A stretch of 64,000 bases of DNA from Candidatus Methanophagales archaeon (GTDB lineage: Archaea > Halobacteriota > Syntropharchaeia > Alkanophagales > Methanospirareceae), in NCBI GenBank assembly GCA_003336485.1, contig QENH01000201.1, positions 10,704-74,703 of the forward strand, written 5' to 3'. The translations under genes were made by a program, and so were the position numbers. The notes below the pieces were generated by a model. That model ran no database searches and was not told the origin of the DNA. It saw nothing but the letters and a program-made list of their open reading frames with translations. The number at the start of each line of letters is the position of its first letter. Position 1 is the first letter of the stretch. Of the stretch, positions 49,197-59,046 are shown piece by piece.

Positions 49197-49685
49197 TTAA
49201 TTGCGTGATTCTATAAAATTCTTGATTTGTTCTCCCTCTTTCTCCACATCAAACGCATTTATTCCAATGCTTCTGGCAACTTTTGCCAGTTTCCTGTCCG
49301 CAGTCAGAAATAGCACACAATTGCGGTCTTTACTTGAAACCATTTGAATAGCATCCGCTTCATACACATGGTATTCCAAGATTAATTTTATTGCATCCGC
49401 TATAATGTTTGTATACAGAGGCACTACATCCAAATATCGAAGCGTGGCAAGTTTCGTAAATTCATTTGTGTATTTACCTACTGCCCCTTTTAACTCACCC
49501 TCGCTCATCAATTTCCTTCGTTTATACCTATCAAATATACCCAAAACCTCTCCTACGTTCCAGATAGAAAAGAATAGTTTTATACGACCCGTTTCTGCAT
49601 CTTCAAACACTAAATCCATTATCTCTGTCCCTGCTTCCTTTATATACCGCTTAACTATTGCACTGCTATCAAGATAGACCAACAC
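49197..49685 (-). CDS. PIN-domain toxin (VapC-like)
   Basis: 162 aa; acidic PIN residues in YLDSSAIV, EAD and FLTADRKL. Confidence 0.7.
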   Translation of the reverse strand: MLVYLDSSAIVKRYIKEAGTEIMDLVFEDAETGRIKLFFSIWNVGEVLGIFDRYKRRKLMSEGELKGAVGKYTNEFTKLATLRYLDVVPLYTNIIADAIKLILEYHVYEADAIQMVSSKDRNCVLFLTADRKLAKVARSIGINAFDVEKEGEQIKNFIESRN

Positions 49686-49947
49686 GATTATCCCTCATTT
49701 CTCTAAGAACTTTGCCTGCAGAACTTTTTGATTCCGGTCTCTCTTTTTTTACATCTTCTAATGAAATAACGCCATAGGTTTCCAAAAGATATTCCAAACA
49801 CTCTATCACAGCATCATTAGCCAAATAAGAAGCTATAAGAAGTTCTATTTCCTTGTTTAGCCTTTTGGTCGTACCATACTTCTTTAATATCTCCCCCTCA
49901 AAACTCTTCCATATCCTCTCATCTATATCCACAACCACTTCGCCCAT
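49669..49947 (-). CDS. putative antitoxin partner of the PIN toxin
   Basis: 92-aa ORF immediately upstream, overlapping the PIN gene start by 17 nt (typical TA arrangement); fold not assignable. Confidence 0.45.
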   Translation of the reverse strand: MGEVVVDIDERIWKSFEGEILKKYGTTKRLNKEIELLIASYLANDAVIECLEYLLETYGVISLEDVKKERPESKSSAGKVLREMRDNRVGLS

Positions 49948-50076
49948 TTCTTCACCTCATTTAATTAATATTCTGTACTATAAGTTTTTATTTTTTCTCA
50001 ATTTATATTTTTTAGATATTTGTCCAATCGCTTGCGGTATGTATGCTTATCTCAAAACTCACAAACTCTCTAACTC

Positions 50077-51000
50077 TCAAACTCTCAACCCCCGCTCAAA
50101 CATGCGCCCAATTATCCTTTCCGTAACGTCAATCCCGCACGTGACTTTTATACCTTTTCCTGATGGTGTTGCATTGACCTCAAGCACAAACAATCCTTCG
50201 TCGCCTTCTATCAAGTCAACGCCCGCGAAATCCGCACCTACTGTCTTTGTCGCATTTACTGCCAGTGCTCGCATCTCCTCTGTTAGGTCACACATAAGTG
50301 GTGTACCGCCCTGACTCAAGTTACTAATAAACGACCCAGCCTGCGAAATCCGGTAGATGGCACCTAATGCCTCTTCGCCAACTACAAATACTCTTATGTC
50401 GCGTCCATGATTAGGCACAAACTGCTGCAAATAAAGCACACCCCGTTCTTTCAGTAGCGTTGCGAGTTTCTGCTTCAGGTCAGGCTGAGAAGCTTCCAGT
50501 TTGAAGATCCCTTTGCCCTGACTGCCGAAGATAGGTTTTGCGACTACAATTTCGAATTCTTCGATTGCTTTCATAGCAACCCCTAAATCAGAAGTGACTA
50601 CCGTGCGTGGAATGGGCAGGTGTGCCTGTTTGAAAAGGTAAAAGGAGAAGAACTTGTTTGCTGCATTCTGGATTGCGTTGGGCGAGTTCATAACCGGTAT
50701 ATTCGCTGTTTCAAACAGCCGGAGCAGGTCGAACTTAAAAGAAATCTGTTCCAGAGAGGAGCTGATGCCAACGTCTCTGACAATGATAGCATCGAGTTCC
50801 AATAAATCGTTTAAATCTGTACTGAAGATAGAAAAATCGGAAGTTGAGACGGAAACGCTTAATGTAGAGAGGTTAATTGGTAAGGCGTTCGCGCCTCTTT
50901 TGCGAATGCTCGTCAAGAAGGCGTTCGCAGTCCAGTCGTCCGGGTCGGTTAGGACAACAGCTATTTTTGCGGCTTTAGTGTTTTGGTTTTGGTTGTGCAT
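50077..51000 (-). CDS. RimK-family ATP-grasp alpha-L-glutamate ligase (MptN/CofF-like)
   Basis: 307 aa; ATP-grasp motifs (VVAKPIFGSQGKGI, LYLQQFV, FAGVDLIEGDEGLFVLEVNATPS). Confidence 0.7.
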   Translation of the reverse strand: MHNQNQNTKAAKIAVVLTDPDDWTANAFLTSIRKRGANALPINLSTLSVSVSTSDFSIFSTDLNDLLELDAIIVRDVGISSSLEQISFKFDLLRLFETANIPVMNSPNAIQNAANKFFSFYLFKQAHLPIPRTVVTSDLGVAMKAIEEFEIVVAKPIFGSQGKGIFKLEASQPDLKQKLATLLKERGVLYLQQFVPNHGRDIRVFVVGEEALGAIYRISQAGSFISNLSQGGTPLMCDLTEEMRALAVNATKTVGADFAGVDLIEGDEGLFVLEVNATPSGKGIKVTCGIDVTERIIGRMFERGLRV

Positions 51001-51089
51001 TTTGAGTTTTAGGATTCGTTTTTTAAAATCTCAATCCTCGCCATGCCTGTGATAAATTGCAACATATCCGTTGGTGTGTGCATTATGGT

Positions 51090-53855
51090 TTATTTTTCCA
51101 TTTCTAAGCCATTTAACCAACTAAGCATATTCTCGATAAGCTGCTTAGATTTGCTATTCTTTATTTCAGATTTTTTAAGGCAATCAATGACCTCTTTAAA
51201 ATTCAAATGAGAATTAATGAATGAGATTGTATTTTCTTCATCGATTGCTTTAAAACCTTTTAAAGCCAAGGCAACTTTAAAGGGTTCTGGTTTATGAGGG
51301 TTAATATTTTTTTTAAACCACTCTTCTATTTCAGGTATTGAAATTTTAATTCCAGAAATTTTTTCACCATTCGCGTCTAAAAGAGAACAATTAGCATATT
51401 CATAAATTCCGATAAGGCATAACTTTTCTCCAATATTTTCCTCAATGTAAATGTTTAGCTTTCCATCCTCCTTCCTGACAAGATAAGTACTTTTCTTTTT
51501 TTTAATACCCTCGGATTTAAATTTCTTCTTCAATTTGAACAGATTAAACCAACCCGAAGTGGTATCTACACTAAATAGACGCTTATCATTTAAACAATTT
51601 ACTATTACATTTCTCACCTTAGTATCTGTGAAAGTTTTTGGAACACTCGAACTTGTTTGAAATAAATTCCAAAGAAAACGATTGATGGTATTTAAATCAG
51701 ACATTTCTATCTTTTCCACCAAATCATGATCCTCAATTATCTTATTGTATTTAACAGATAATGATTGATCCGCTGAAATGTTCCATACAAAATAATTTAA
51801 TTTGATTAGAGGGGATTCCTCTACCTTACCTGCTAAGTCAAATCCTTCGATTAAATGTTCCGCATCATTTCTCTTGAGACCTACAATAAGAAGGCCTATA
51901 TAATCCAGTGTGCTCTCCTCCATTTTTTTAATTAAATCAAATGGTGGACTGAGTTTGTCTATTATAAATTTTGGATCGCCACCAACTTCATTTATGTTCT
52001 GTATCAGAAGGGATATATTTTTTAATGTTGCCTCCCCTAATTTTTGAGGCAGATTATCAACTTCTTTTAATTTCTCAATAGCATCTAATGCTAACTCAGC
52101 TCCCTTTAATACATTTTTTTTGAATTTTACTTGCCTAATTCCATAAATAAATACTCCAATTTCACCTAAAGTAGCATCATTCATTTTTCTAAGTAGAAAA
52201 GATTCTCTAGAGAATCTTTGATATACATTTTGAACATTTATTGAATAATAGCCTTTCGATAGAAAAGAACCAAGTTGATTTATTTTTGAATTATTCAAAA
52301 ACTCAAGAAGGTCTTCCTCACTAAAATATTCTAAGAATTCTTTTGAGAATGTTCTATTTGAAACATAGCTACGGGTATCTTTCAGTCTCTTTACATTTTT
52401 AACCTCCATCGATTCAACAATATTTTCAAAAATAGCTTTTTTTGTATCATCATCTTTCAATAGTTCGCTAACGATATCTTCCTTGGTAATACTTTCTTTA
52501 TACTCATTTGCCAATCGAGACAACAAACCAACACAGACTTTCGGCTTTGATCGAAAATAGAGATGAAAAAGTCCAATGTACCAATCACCGAACTTTTTCT
52601 GAATAGTCTCTTTAACGTTTTCACCCAGTTCTTTATACTCTTTAAACGTCTCAAGATAGAGTTTCGCTCGTGAAGAATGATGCAGCGAGAGCTTCCAATT
52701 CTTTTCTCGGATTTCTCCAAAATGTATCAATTCTCTAATGTTTTCTTCCTTTAGTCCAAGAGTTTTGGTGAGTGTCCTCATCGCAACCGGGGCTTCGTAA
52801 CAATAGAATGCAGATATTGGTAAAATTATATCATCTGCGTGTATCCACTTATAATCGTCCACCGTAAGAAGTTCTTTAATCTTTTTAATAAGTTCTTTTT
52901 CAGTAGGAATGCTACATTCTGGGTCATAGAGACTCAAAGCTAAAGATAGCACCCATAAATCGTGTCCATATTGCTCTCGCAACTCCCTTCTATTTTCTTC
53001 CTCAATTTTTATATTGCTTTTATTCTCAAAATTTATAAGAATATCTTCAACTGCATCAATTGCATTGATTTTGGTGCAAGTCTTTTTATCTTGCATCAGG
53101 AATGCTAATGGAGTTGTAGTGAGTGGTTCAATTTTTTCTTCGATTATATCACGGCCAGAAAGTAAAATCTTTATTTTTGGCTTGCCTATTCCCCCTAGCA
53201 ACTCATTACATTTTAGTTTATTGTATTCAGTAAGACCTAGATGAATATCATCAATGATTAATAATGTCTTCTTTTTCTTCATTTTTGAAATTTTTTCAAT
53301 AATGTCATTTATATCCAATTCCTCAGTTTTTAATTCTTTGACAAAGACTTCGTATTTTTTCTTCCGTAGCTCGTAACCTATATTTTTGATGATAAGACTT
53401 TTTCCCGATGAAGGAGACCCAATAATCAAATGTACTCTGTTCTTTTCCAGTTTGGCTACCACCTCATCAACTTCTCTTCTTTTTGTGATATATCCCTTTT
53501 CGAAATCAATCCAGTAAGGATCTTTTCTTTCTTTTAAAAACTTATCAAAAGGAGTGTCTTTTATCTCATCTCTTTTTAGGACCCAATCAATCGTTGGCAA
53601 ATTTATTTTTTCACGTTTTATATGTGAATATATCCATTTAATTATCGGGATTATTATTTTAATAATTGCAAGTAGTACTCCAAGGATTGCAATTGCTGCC
53701 AGCAGTGATGGTCGTTCAGCAATCTCATTTAAAATAATGCTAATTCTCGGTAATTGCACCAAAAAATGGCGAAAATATACAAATATCCAAATTCCAACGA
53801 GCGATATAGCCAAGAAAAGTAGTCCGTATTTTAAAATTTTTCGCATCTTTACCAT
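51090..53855 (-). CDS. membrane-anchored STAND-like P-loop NTPase with large C-terminal helical domain
   Basis: 921 aa; two N-terminal TM helices, Walker A LIIGSPSSGKSL, Walker B LLIIDDIH, ILLSGRD, then ~650 aa Lys/Ile/Asn-rich helical region. Coding GC ~30%, far below neighbours. Confidence 0.6.
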   Translation of the reverse strand: MVKMRKILKYGLLFLAISLVGIWIFVYFRHFLVQLPRISIILNEIAERPSLLAAIAILGVLLAIIKIIIPIIKWIYSHIKREKINLPTIDWVLKRDEIKDTPFDKFLKERKDPYWIDFEKGYITKRREVDEVVAKLEKNRVHLIIGSPSSGKSLIIKNIGYELRKKKYEVFVKELKTEELDINDIIEKISKMKKKKTLLIIDDIHLGLTEYNKLKCNELLGGIGKPKIKILLSGRDIIEEKIEPLTTTPLAFLMQDKKTCTKINAIDAVEDILINFENKSNIKIEEENRRELREQYGHDLWVLSLALSLYDPECSIPTEKELIKKIKELLTVDDYKWIHADDIILPISAFYCYEAPVAMRTLTKTLGLKEENIRELIHFGEIREKNWKLSLHHSSRAKLYLETFKEYKELGENVKETIQKKFGDWYIGLFHLYFRSKPKVCVGLLSRLANEYKESITKEDIVSELLKDDDTKKAIFENIVESMEVKNVKRLKDTRSYVSNRTFSKEFLEYFSEEDLLEFLNNSKINQLGSFLSKGYYSINVQNVYQRFSRESFLLRKMNDATLGEIGVFIYGIRQVKFKKNVLKGAELALDAIEKLKEVDNLPQKLGEATLKNISLLIQNINEVGGDPKFIIDKLSPPFDLIKKMEESTLDYIGLLIVGLKRNDAEHLIEGFDLAGKVEESPLIKLNYFVWNISADQSLSVKYNKIIEDHDLVEKIEMSDLNTINRFLWNLFQTSSSVPKTFTDTKVRNVIVNCLNDKRLFSVDTTSGWFNLFKLKKKFKSEGIKKKKSTYLVRKEDGKLNIYIEENIGEKLCLIGIYEYANCSLLDANGEKISGIKISIPEIEEWFKKNINPHKPEPFKVALALKGFKAIDEENTISFINSHLNFKEVIDCLKKSEIKNSKSKQLIENMLSWLNGLEMEK

Positions 53856-54148
53856 ATCCTCCTTCTATTCAAATAGAATTTAATCGGTGATAGGTAAGTC
53901 GTTAGATATAAAGTCACATCCCCCACATTTAAGCCAAAACCCTTCAAGATTTCGCTTTTCTTGCTCATGTTCGCTATTATAAAAGATGCAATGAAGACTT
54001 ATAAATATTTGCACTCATATAAACATTTTTATTCTTTCCCATCCGCGCTTGATGCAAGCGCTACATTTCTCATAAAGCTACAAATAATGAGCAAAAAGAG
54101 TGTCCCCTCCATTTTTTACTTCAAAATACATTTAAAGCATTAACTTAA

Positions 54149-55057
54149 TTATTGCAATTGACTCTGTGCTTCTTCTAAATTTGATTTAACGATTTGATAC
54201 TGTATCTGATATTTCTCCTCGGTATGAATTTTTAAAGCTTCTTGGTAGGCTTTGATAGCTTTTTCAAGATTTGTTTCCTTATCCCTCACCTCTGCCAAAT
54301 CTCCGTATGCGAGTCCAAGGTTATTCTGGGTCTTTGCATAGTCTATTGGATAACGTTCAACAGTGCGAGTATTCAGGGCTTCTTGGTAGGCTTTGATAGC
54401 TTTCTCAAGATTTGTTTCCTTATCTCTCACCTCTGCCAAATCTCCGTATGCGAGTCCAAGGTTATTCTGGGTCTTTGCATAGTCTATTGGGTAACTTTCA
54501 ATAGTACTGATCTTCAGGGCTTCCTGGAAGGTATAGATAGCTTTCTCAAGATTTGTTTCCTTATCTCTCACCTTTGCCAAACCCATGTATGCGAGTCCAA
54601 GGTTATTTTGGGTCATTGCATAGTCTAGTGGATAACGTTCAATAGTACGGATCTTCAGGGCTTCCTGGTAGGCTTTGATAGCTTTTTCAAGATTTGTTTC
54701 CTTATCTCTCACCTCTGCCAAAATTGTGTATGCACACCCAAGGTTATTCTGGGTTCTTGCGTATTCATCGGAGAATTTTTTGGATGAAACTATCTTGAGA
54801 ATGCCTCCGTATTCTTTAATTGCTTCTTCAAACGAACCCGCTTTTTGTAAAGAATCTGCTTTCCGAAGGGATGAATCTATTTGACTCTTTAAGCTTTCCC
54901 TCTCACCATAGTCCTGGTATGCCATATACCCCAAAGCAAGAATTGCAGCAATCGCTCCGACAATGGTAACAATTTTTATAACTTTAGCAACGAAACCACC
55001 CTCGGAATCTTGCTTTCTTCTGCTTCGAACTGTCCTCGTCTTCTTTCTCACTTTCAA
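54149..55057 (-). CDS. membrane-anchored TPR-repeat protein
   Basis: 302 aa; N-terminal basic segment + TM helix, then five ~47-aa near-identical units (NLEKAIKAYQEALKI.T.ERYP.DYA.TQNNLGLAY.LAEVRDKET). Confidence 0.7.
   Translation of the reverse strand: MKVRKKTRTVRSRRKQDSEGGFVAKVIKIVTIVGAIAAILALGYMAYQDYGERESLKSQIDSSLRKADSLQKAGSFEEAIKEYGGILKIVSSKKFSDEYARTQNNLGCAYTILAEVRDKETNLEKAIKAYQEALKIRTIERYPLDYAMTQNNLGLAYMGLAKVRDKETNLEKAIYTFQEALKISTIESYPIDYAKTQNNLGLAYGDLAEVRDKETNLEKAIKAYQEALNTRTVERYPIDYAKTQNNLGLAYGDLAEVRDKETNLEKAIKAYQEALKIHTEEKYQIQYQIVKSNLEEAQSQLQ
54230..54800. repeat. ~141-bp near-perfect tandem repeats (x4-5) inside the TPR gene
   Basis: Recurring cttggtaggctttgatagctttttcaagatttgtttccttatc...gagtccaaggttattctgggtctttgcatagtctattgg units with a few substitutions. 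Confidence 0.8.
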
Positions 55058-55187
55058 TCCCCTCTTGATATAATTATTGGGATATAATCAAACCGTCTTA
55101 TCTTTGCGAAAGTGTTGAGAATATCTGTGTCAAAAGCTAAACCCATCACTTCTGCTACTATATATTTTTGCAAGCAAAAAGGTTTAA

Positions 55188-55330
55188 GACATTTTGTTTA
55201 CAAAATACTTGGAGGCGCCGGTAACAACATTTGCTGTAAAAGATCGCGTTCTCGCTCATAACCCGCTTAGCGCGATAGATATATTCCGCGTATCCTCTGA
55301 ACAAATTGGTGGTCAAAAAGCAAGAAAATA
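55188..55330 (+). repeat. orphan ~135-bp copy of the 3' end of the DUF1847-like gene (partner 56212-56346), with a 4-nt insertion
   Basis: tttgtttacaaaatacttggaggcgccggtaacaacatttgctgtaaaagatcgcgttctcgctcataacccgctt... is ~92% identical to the last 45 codons of gene 55759-56346. Confidence 0.8.
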
Positions 55331-55393
55331 AATTATTGACACAGATTAACGCAGATTAACGCAGAAGAAATTAAATCAGTGTAAAAGAGAGTT

Positions 55394-55750
55394 TTGATGG
55401 ACGACAGGGCACTAAGAGCCACAGTGGGGCTATCCGCATCAGAATTTAATCAACTGGCGCAGGGTTTTGGTCCAGAAATAGAAAAAAATATACTCATCAT
55501 CGATATAAATAGATGGATTGGTTATTTGAGCCCTCCAGAAGAAGGTAAAAAGCACGATTGTGGTATGTTCAAAGGCCTATTTCCGCCGGAGATATTCCCA
55601 AAAGGCATAACGCTATGGCTAGAGCATGCTATCGGCGGAATTAAGCGAATGCGAATAACAACTGACAAGTTTCGCAACAAGTCTATTTATTACTACTATA
55701 ATTATAATTGCAGATGTTGTAGCAACAAAATTATCATGAGGGATATATAA
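55394..55750 (+). CDS. hypothetical protein
   Basis: 118-aa ORF between the orphan repeat and the DUF1847-like gene; no motif recognised. Confidence 0.3.
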   Translation: MMDDRALRATVGLSASEFNQLAQGFGPEIEKNILIIDINRWIGYLSPPEEGKKHDCGMFKGLFPPEIFPKGITLWLEHAIGGIKRMRITTDKFRNKSIYYYYNYNCRCCSNKIIMRDI

Positions 55751-55758
55751 GATATATT

Positions 55759-56346
55759 ATGAATTGCGCAAGTTGCAAAGAGAAAACGTGCTATAAAGGC
55801 AAGGACTGCACTAAAATTGCAGAAGATGTCAAAAAGGCATACAAAGGCGATGCCCTCAACTCGCTTAGAGTCGCTACACGTATAGAATCACGGTATTACA
55901 TGAAGAAAAACCGTATAGAGGAGTTGATTTTATATGCGAAAGAGATGGGCTACAAGAGATTAGGCGTTGCCTTCTGCATAGGCATGCAAAAAGAGGCGGA
56001 AATATTATGTGATCTTCTATTGCAATACTTCGATGTGTCTTCGGTCTGTTGCAAGGTATGTGGGATTGATAAATCCTACTTCGAGCTGGACCGTCTTCAC
56101 AAGGATGCAGAAGAAGAGGCGATATGCAATCCAATAGGGCAAGCAATGATTTTAAACAATGAAAAGACTGACTTGAACATCATTCTGGGATTGTGTATCG
56201 GACACGACACTTTGTTTACAAAATACTCGGAGGCGCCGGTAACAACACTTGCTGTAAAAGATCGCGTTCTCGCTCATAACCCGCTTGGCGCGATATATTC
56301 CGCGTATCATCTGAACAAATTGACGGTCAAAACGGAAAAACTTTAA
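55759..56346 (+). CDS. Cys-rich metal-binding protein, DUF1847-like
   Basis: 195 aa; N-terminal CASCKEKTCYKGKDC cluster; resembles a methanogen/clostridial DUF1847 family by recollection only. Confidence 0.4.
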   Translation: MNCASCKEKTCYKGKDCTKIAEDVKKAYKGDALNSLRVATRIESRYYMKKNRIEELILYAKEMGYKRLGVAFCIGMQKEAEILCDLLLQYFDVSSVCCKVCGIDKSYFELDRLHKDAEEEAICNPIGQAMILNNEKTDLNIILGLCIGHDTLFTKYSEAPVTTLAVKDRVLAHNPLGAIYSAYHLNKLTVKTEKL

Positions 56347-56383
56347 TGGCTCCAATGCTTTTTAAACGATATGAGGTGATAAA

Positions 56384-56713
56384 ATGGAAGAGATAATAGA
56401 CATAAACGAGTTCGCAAAGCTCGACCTGCGAATAGGAAAGATAGAGAATGCCGAGAGAGTAGAGGGTAGCAAGAAGCTAATCAAGCTCGAAGTAGATGTA
56501 GGGGATGAAACGAGACAGCTTGTTGCCGGAATTGCAGAAGAATATAATCCTGAGAATTTGATTGGTAAACTCGTACCGATTTTAGCGAATTTGAAGCCTG
56601 TAAAGCTCATGGGTGTTGAGAGTCAAGGGATGATCTTAGCAGTAGACGTAAACGGAAAACCGATTCTGCTGCATCCTGATGTAGAAGTGCCCGCAGGCAG
56701 CAGAATACGCTGA
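56384..56713 (+). CDS. tRNA-binding domain protein (CsaA/Trbp111/MetRS-C-terminal-like, OB fold)
   Basis: 109 aa; FAKLDLRIGKI...VEVDVGDE.RQLV.GIA.EY..E.LIGK.V.ILANLKP.KLMGVESQGM.L pattern. Confidence 0.75.
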   Translation: MEEIIDINEFAKLDLRIGKIENAERVEGSKKLIKLEVDVGDETRQLVAGIAEEYNPENLIGKLVPILANLKPVKLMGVESQGMILAVDVNGKPILLHPDVEVPAGSRIR

Positions 56714-56720
56714 ATGAATA

Positions 56721-57932
56721 ATGACACAGGAAAAAGAAGATTTATTGTTGTATGGACATCGCATGACTGAGTGGCAGCGAGTAAGACCTTTAGCGCAAGG
56801 GATAGCTTATTTCGAGCCGAAGACAAAAATGGCATATTCGCATATAGATTATCTCGCTGAGGATGTCCGGAGAATGCTGTTACAGAAGCGGGCATTTGAA
56901 TCCCACAGCCAACGGGCATATTTCATCGTTGAGCACAACGAACTCAACGAATATAAGGGGCTTACATTGCCATATAGTGATGAGATAGTGGCTGCAAGTG
57001 GTCAACCCAGGGGATTGCTTTTGATACAGCACGGCGAACGAGAGGCGAGAGCGTTAAACGATATTGCCGAAAAGGGAGGTAACGTCAAAGCAGAATATCA
57101 CGATGTTGGATTAGCGTCACTTAAACGAGAAGGGTCGAAGATAAATGTGCGACCTATGACTGCAGAAGACGGTGAAAATATTCGTTACGGTGTTCTGAGA
57201 AGATGGGGTGAGGATTATATCCCTTTTATTCGGCTTGACCTCTTCCAAATAGTACGTCAGTTCGCCATAATGAAGGGGATTGACCATATTGTGCTGCTGT
57301 CCAATGCCCTGGCACGATTTGGTAGGGTATTGCGAACAGCCCATGAGCTCGGGATTTACCATTGCTTTACTCATCCCGGGAATATAGACGCTCATGGTAA
57401 CTTGATAGACTATGAACATGCGATATATAGTGATGAGATTCCGGTGATAAAAGAGAAGATAAAAATGAGGTCAGAAGATGCAGCGCTGTTTAGTGAAGAG
57501 AGCTTGCGATTCCGAGATATAGACCTCTTCTTTGGTGGTACTCGTGACGTCATCATAAAATACCAGGAGATCTATAAACTCAATCGTGAGGGGTTGATGA
57601 TGCAGATACGGTTATTACGGGAGAACATCGCCTTGTCGACCGGAATTCCGGTCTTAGAGTCTCTGGCTCATGTGAATATCGGATTTTATGAGGATACGTT
57701 GAAGAAACTACCTACCATAGATCAGAAGCGGATAATCGGAGCATTTATTGATAAATATTCTCCAGCAAGTGATCAGATCAAGGACAGGGTCTTTTATGCG
57801 CTTGCACAAGCGGGAGAATGGACAGAGGCAGTCACCGGATTCATTTGCGATCCGGAAAATCCGAAGTCACTGAGGCAGATTTCCGGCGAGTTTATATTGG
57901 GCTTGTGGGATATGCCACCACTGAAACAATAA
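56721..57932 (+). CDS. hypothetical protein with degenerate kinase-like motif
   Basis: 403 aa; CFTHPGNIDAHGNLIDYE resembles the APH/choline-kinase catalytic loop (HGDLHPGNI), but the catalytic Asp is replaced. Confidence 0.3.
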   Translation: MTQEKEDLLLYGHRMTEWQRVRPLAQGIAYFEPKTKMAYSHIDYLAEDVRRMLLQKRAFESHSQRAYFIVEHNELNEYKGLTLPYSDEIVAASGQPRGLLLIQHGEREARALNDIAEKGGNVKAEYHDVGLASLKREGSKINVRPMTAEDGENIRYGVLRRWGEDYIPFIRLDLFQIVRQFAIMKGIDHIVLLSNALARFGRVLRTAHELGIYHCFTHPGNIDAHGNLIDYEHAIYSDEIPVIKEKIKMRSEDAALFSEESLRFRDIDLFFGGTRDVIIKYQEIYKLNREGLMMQIRLLRENIALSTGIPVLESLAHVNIGFYEDTLKKLPTIDQKRIIGAFIDKYSPASDQIKDRVFYALAQAGEWTEAVTGFICDPENPKSLRQISGEFILGLWDMPPLKQ

Positions 57933-57983
57933 AAATAATGTATTTTTATTTATCAAGCCACCATTATAAGTTGTGTAAATACT

Positions 57984-58955
57984 ATGGGTAAGAGAAGAGA
58001 ACTTTTAATACGGCTAGTACTAATAGTAGTTGTTATCGGTTGTTTGACTCATACTTCCTGGGGACAGGAGAATTACCCAGTCAATGTTTCCCATCCATCG
58101 CCAGCAAAGAGTGATTTTAGTCAAGAAGATATCCTAAACCAAGCGCAGAGAAGTTTTGATAGGTCCATAGACCTATTCAATACAGTTGCTACCGTGATGG
58201 GGCTGCTGGTGGCATTAATAACCCTAATAGTTGCAATAGGAGGCATTTTGGGATATTTCAAAAGTCGTCAATTGGAAAAATATACAGAGCAAGCTAAGAA
58301 AAGTGCCGATCAATTAAAAGGATATGAAGACGATGCAGAGAAAATTGTCGACAAATTAGAGGAATTTGAAAGCAAAATTGATGAAATCAACGAAAAGGTG
58401 CTAGTTGTCGGTGAAGATAAGTTACCCGAGATTGAAGAAGAGCTAGACGGATTAAGAGAGACAGCCAGGGATTTCCCACCCCTTTCAGAACCCTTCTCAG
58501 AATACCAAAAAAGGATATCAAATGAATATGGGAAGAAAATAGAATTCCTTGAGGCTTTTGGAGTTCCATTGAAGCCTGAGGATTACCTTAGTCGTGGCAG
58601 TGACTTTTATCGGAGCAAAGAATATGGAGAAGCACTAAAAGCCTATAATAAGGCAATAGAGTTAAAGCATGATTATGATGCTGCATGGAACAACAGAGGA
58701 TTAGCGCTTGCCAAACTCTATCAGTACGATGAAGCACTAAAAGCCTATGATAAGGCAATAGAGTTAAAGCATGATTATGCTACTGCATGGTACAACAAGG
58801 CTTGTGCGTATTCCCGAAAAGACGATAAAGAAAACGCTCTTAAAATTTTGTCTGAAGCAATAGATTTAGATGCAAAATATAAAGAAAAAGCAAAAAGAGA
58901 CAAGGCTTTTATAAATTACTGGAATGATGATGATTTCAAAAGGGTTGTGAGTTAA
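57984..58955 (+). CDS. membrane-anchored coiled-coil + TPR-repeat protein
   Basis: 323 aa; N-terminal TM, internal TM, coiled-coil, then TPR units (AYNKAIELKHDYDAAWNNRGLALAKLYQYDEALKAYDKAIELKHDYATAWYNKA). Confidence 0.65.
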   Translation: MGKRRELLIRLVLIVVVIGCLTHTSWGQENYPVNVSHPSPAKSDFSQEDILNQAQRSFDRSIDLFNTVATVMGLLVALITLIVAIGGILGYFKSRQLEKYTEQAKKSADQLKGYEDDAEKIVDKLEEFESKIDEINEKVLVVGEDKLPEIEEELDGLRETARDFPPLSEPFSEYQKRISNEYGKKIEFLEAFGVPLKPEDYLSRGSDFYRSKEYGEALKAYNKAIELKHDYDAAWNNRGLALAKLYQYDEALKAYDKAIELKHDYATAWYNKACAYSRKDDKENALKILSEAIDLDAKYKEKAKRDKAFINYWNDDDFKRVVS

Positions 58956-59046
58956 AAGCATGAAATTTGGGGAAAAAGCAATATGAGGATGCACAATCTA
59001 GTACTTATTTGGAATACCGCAGAGATATTAAAATCGCGAGGCTAAA

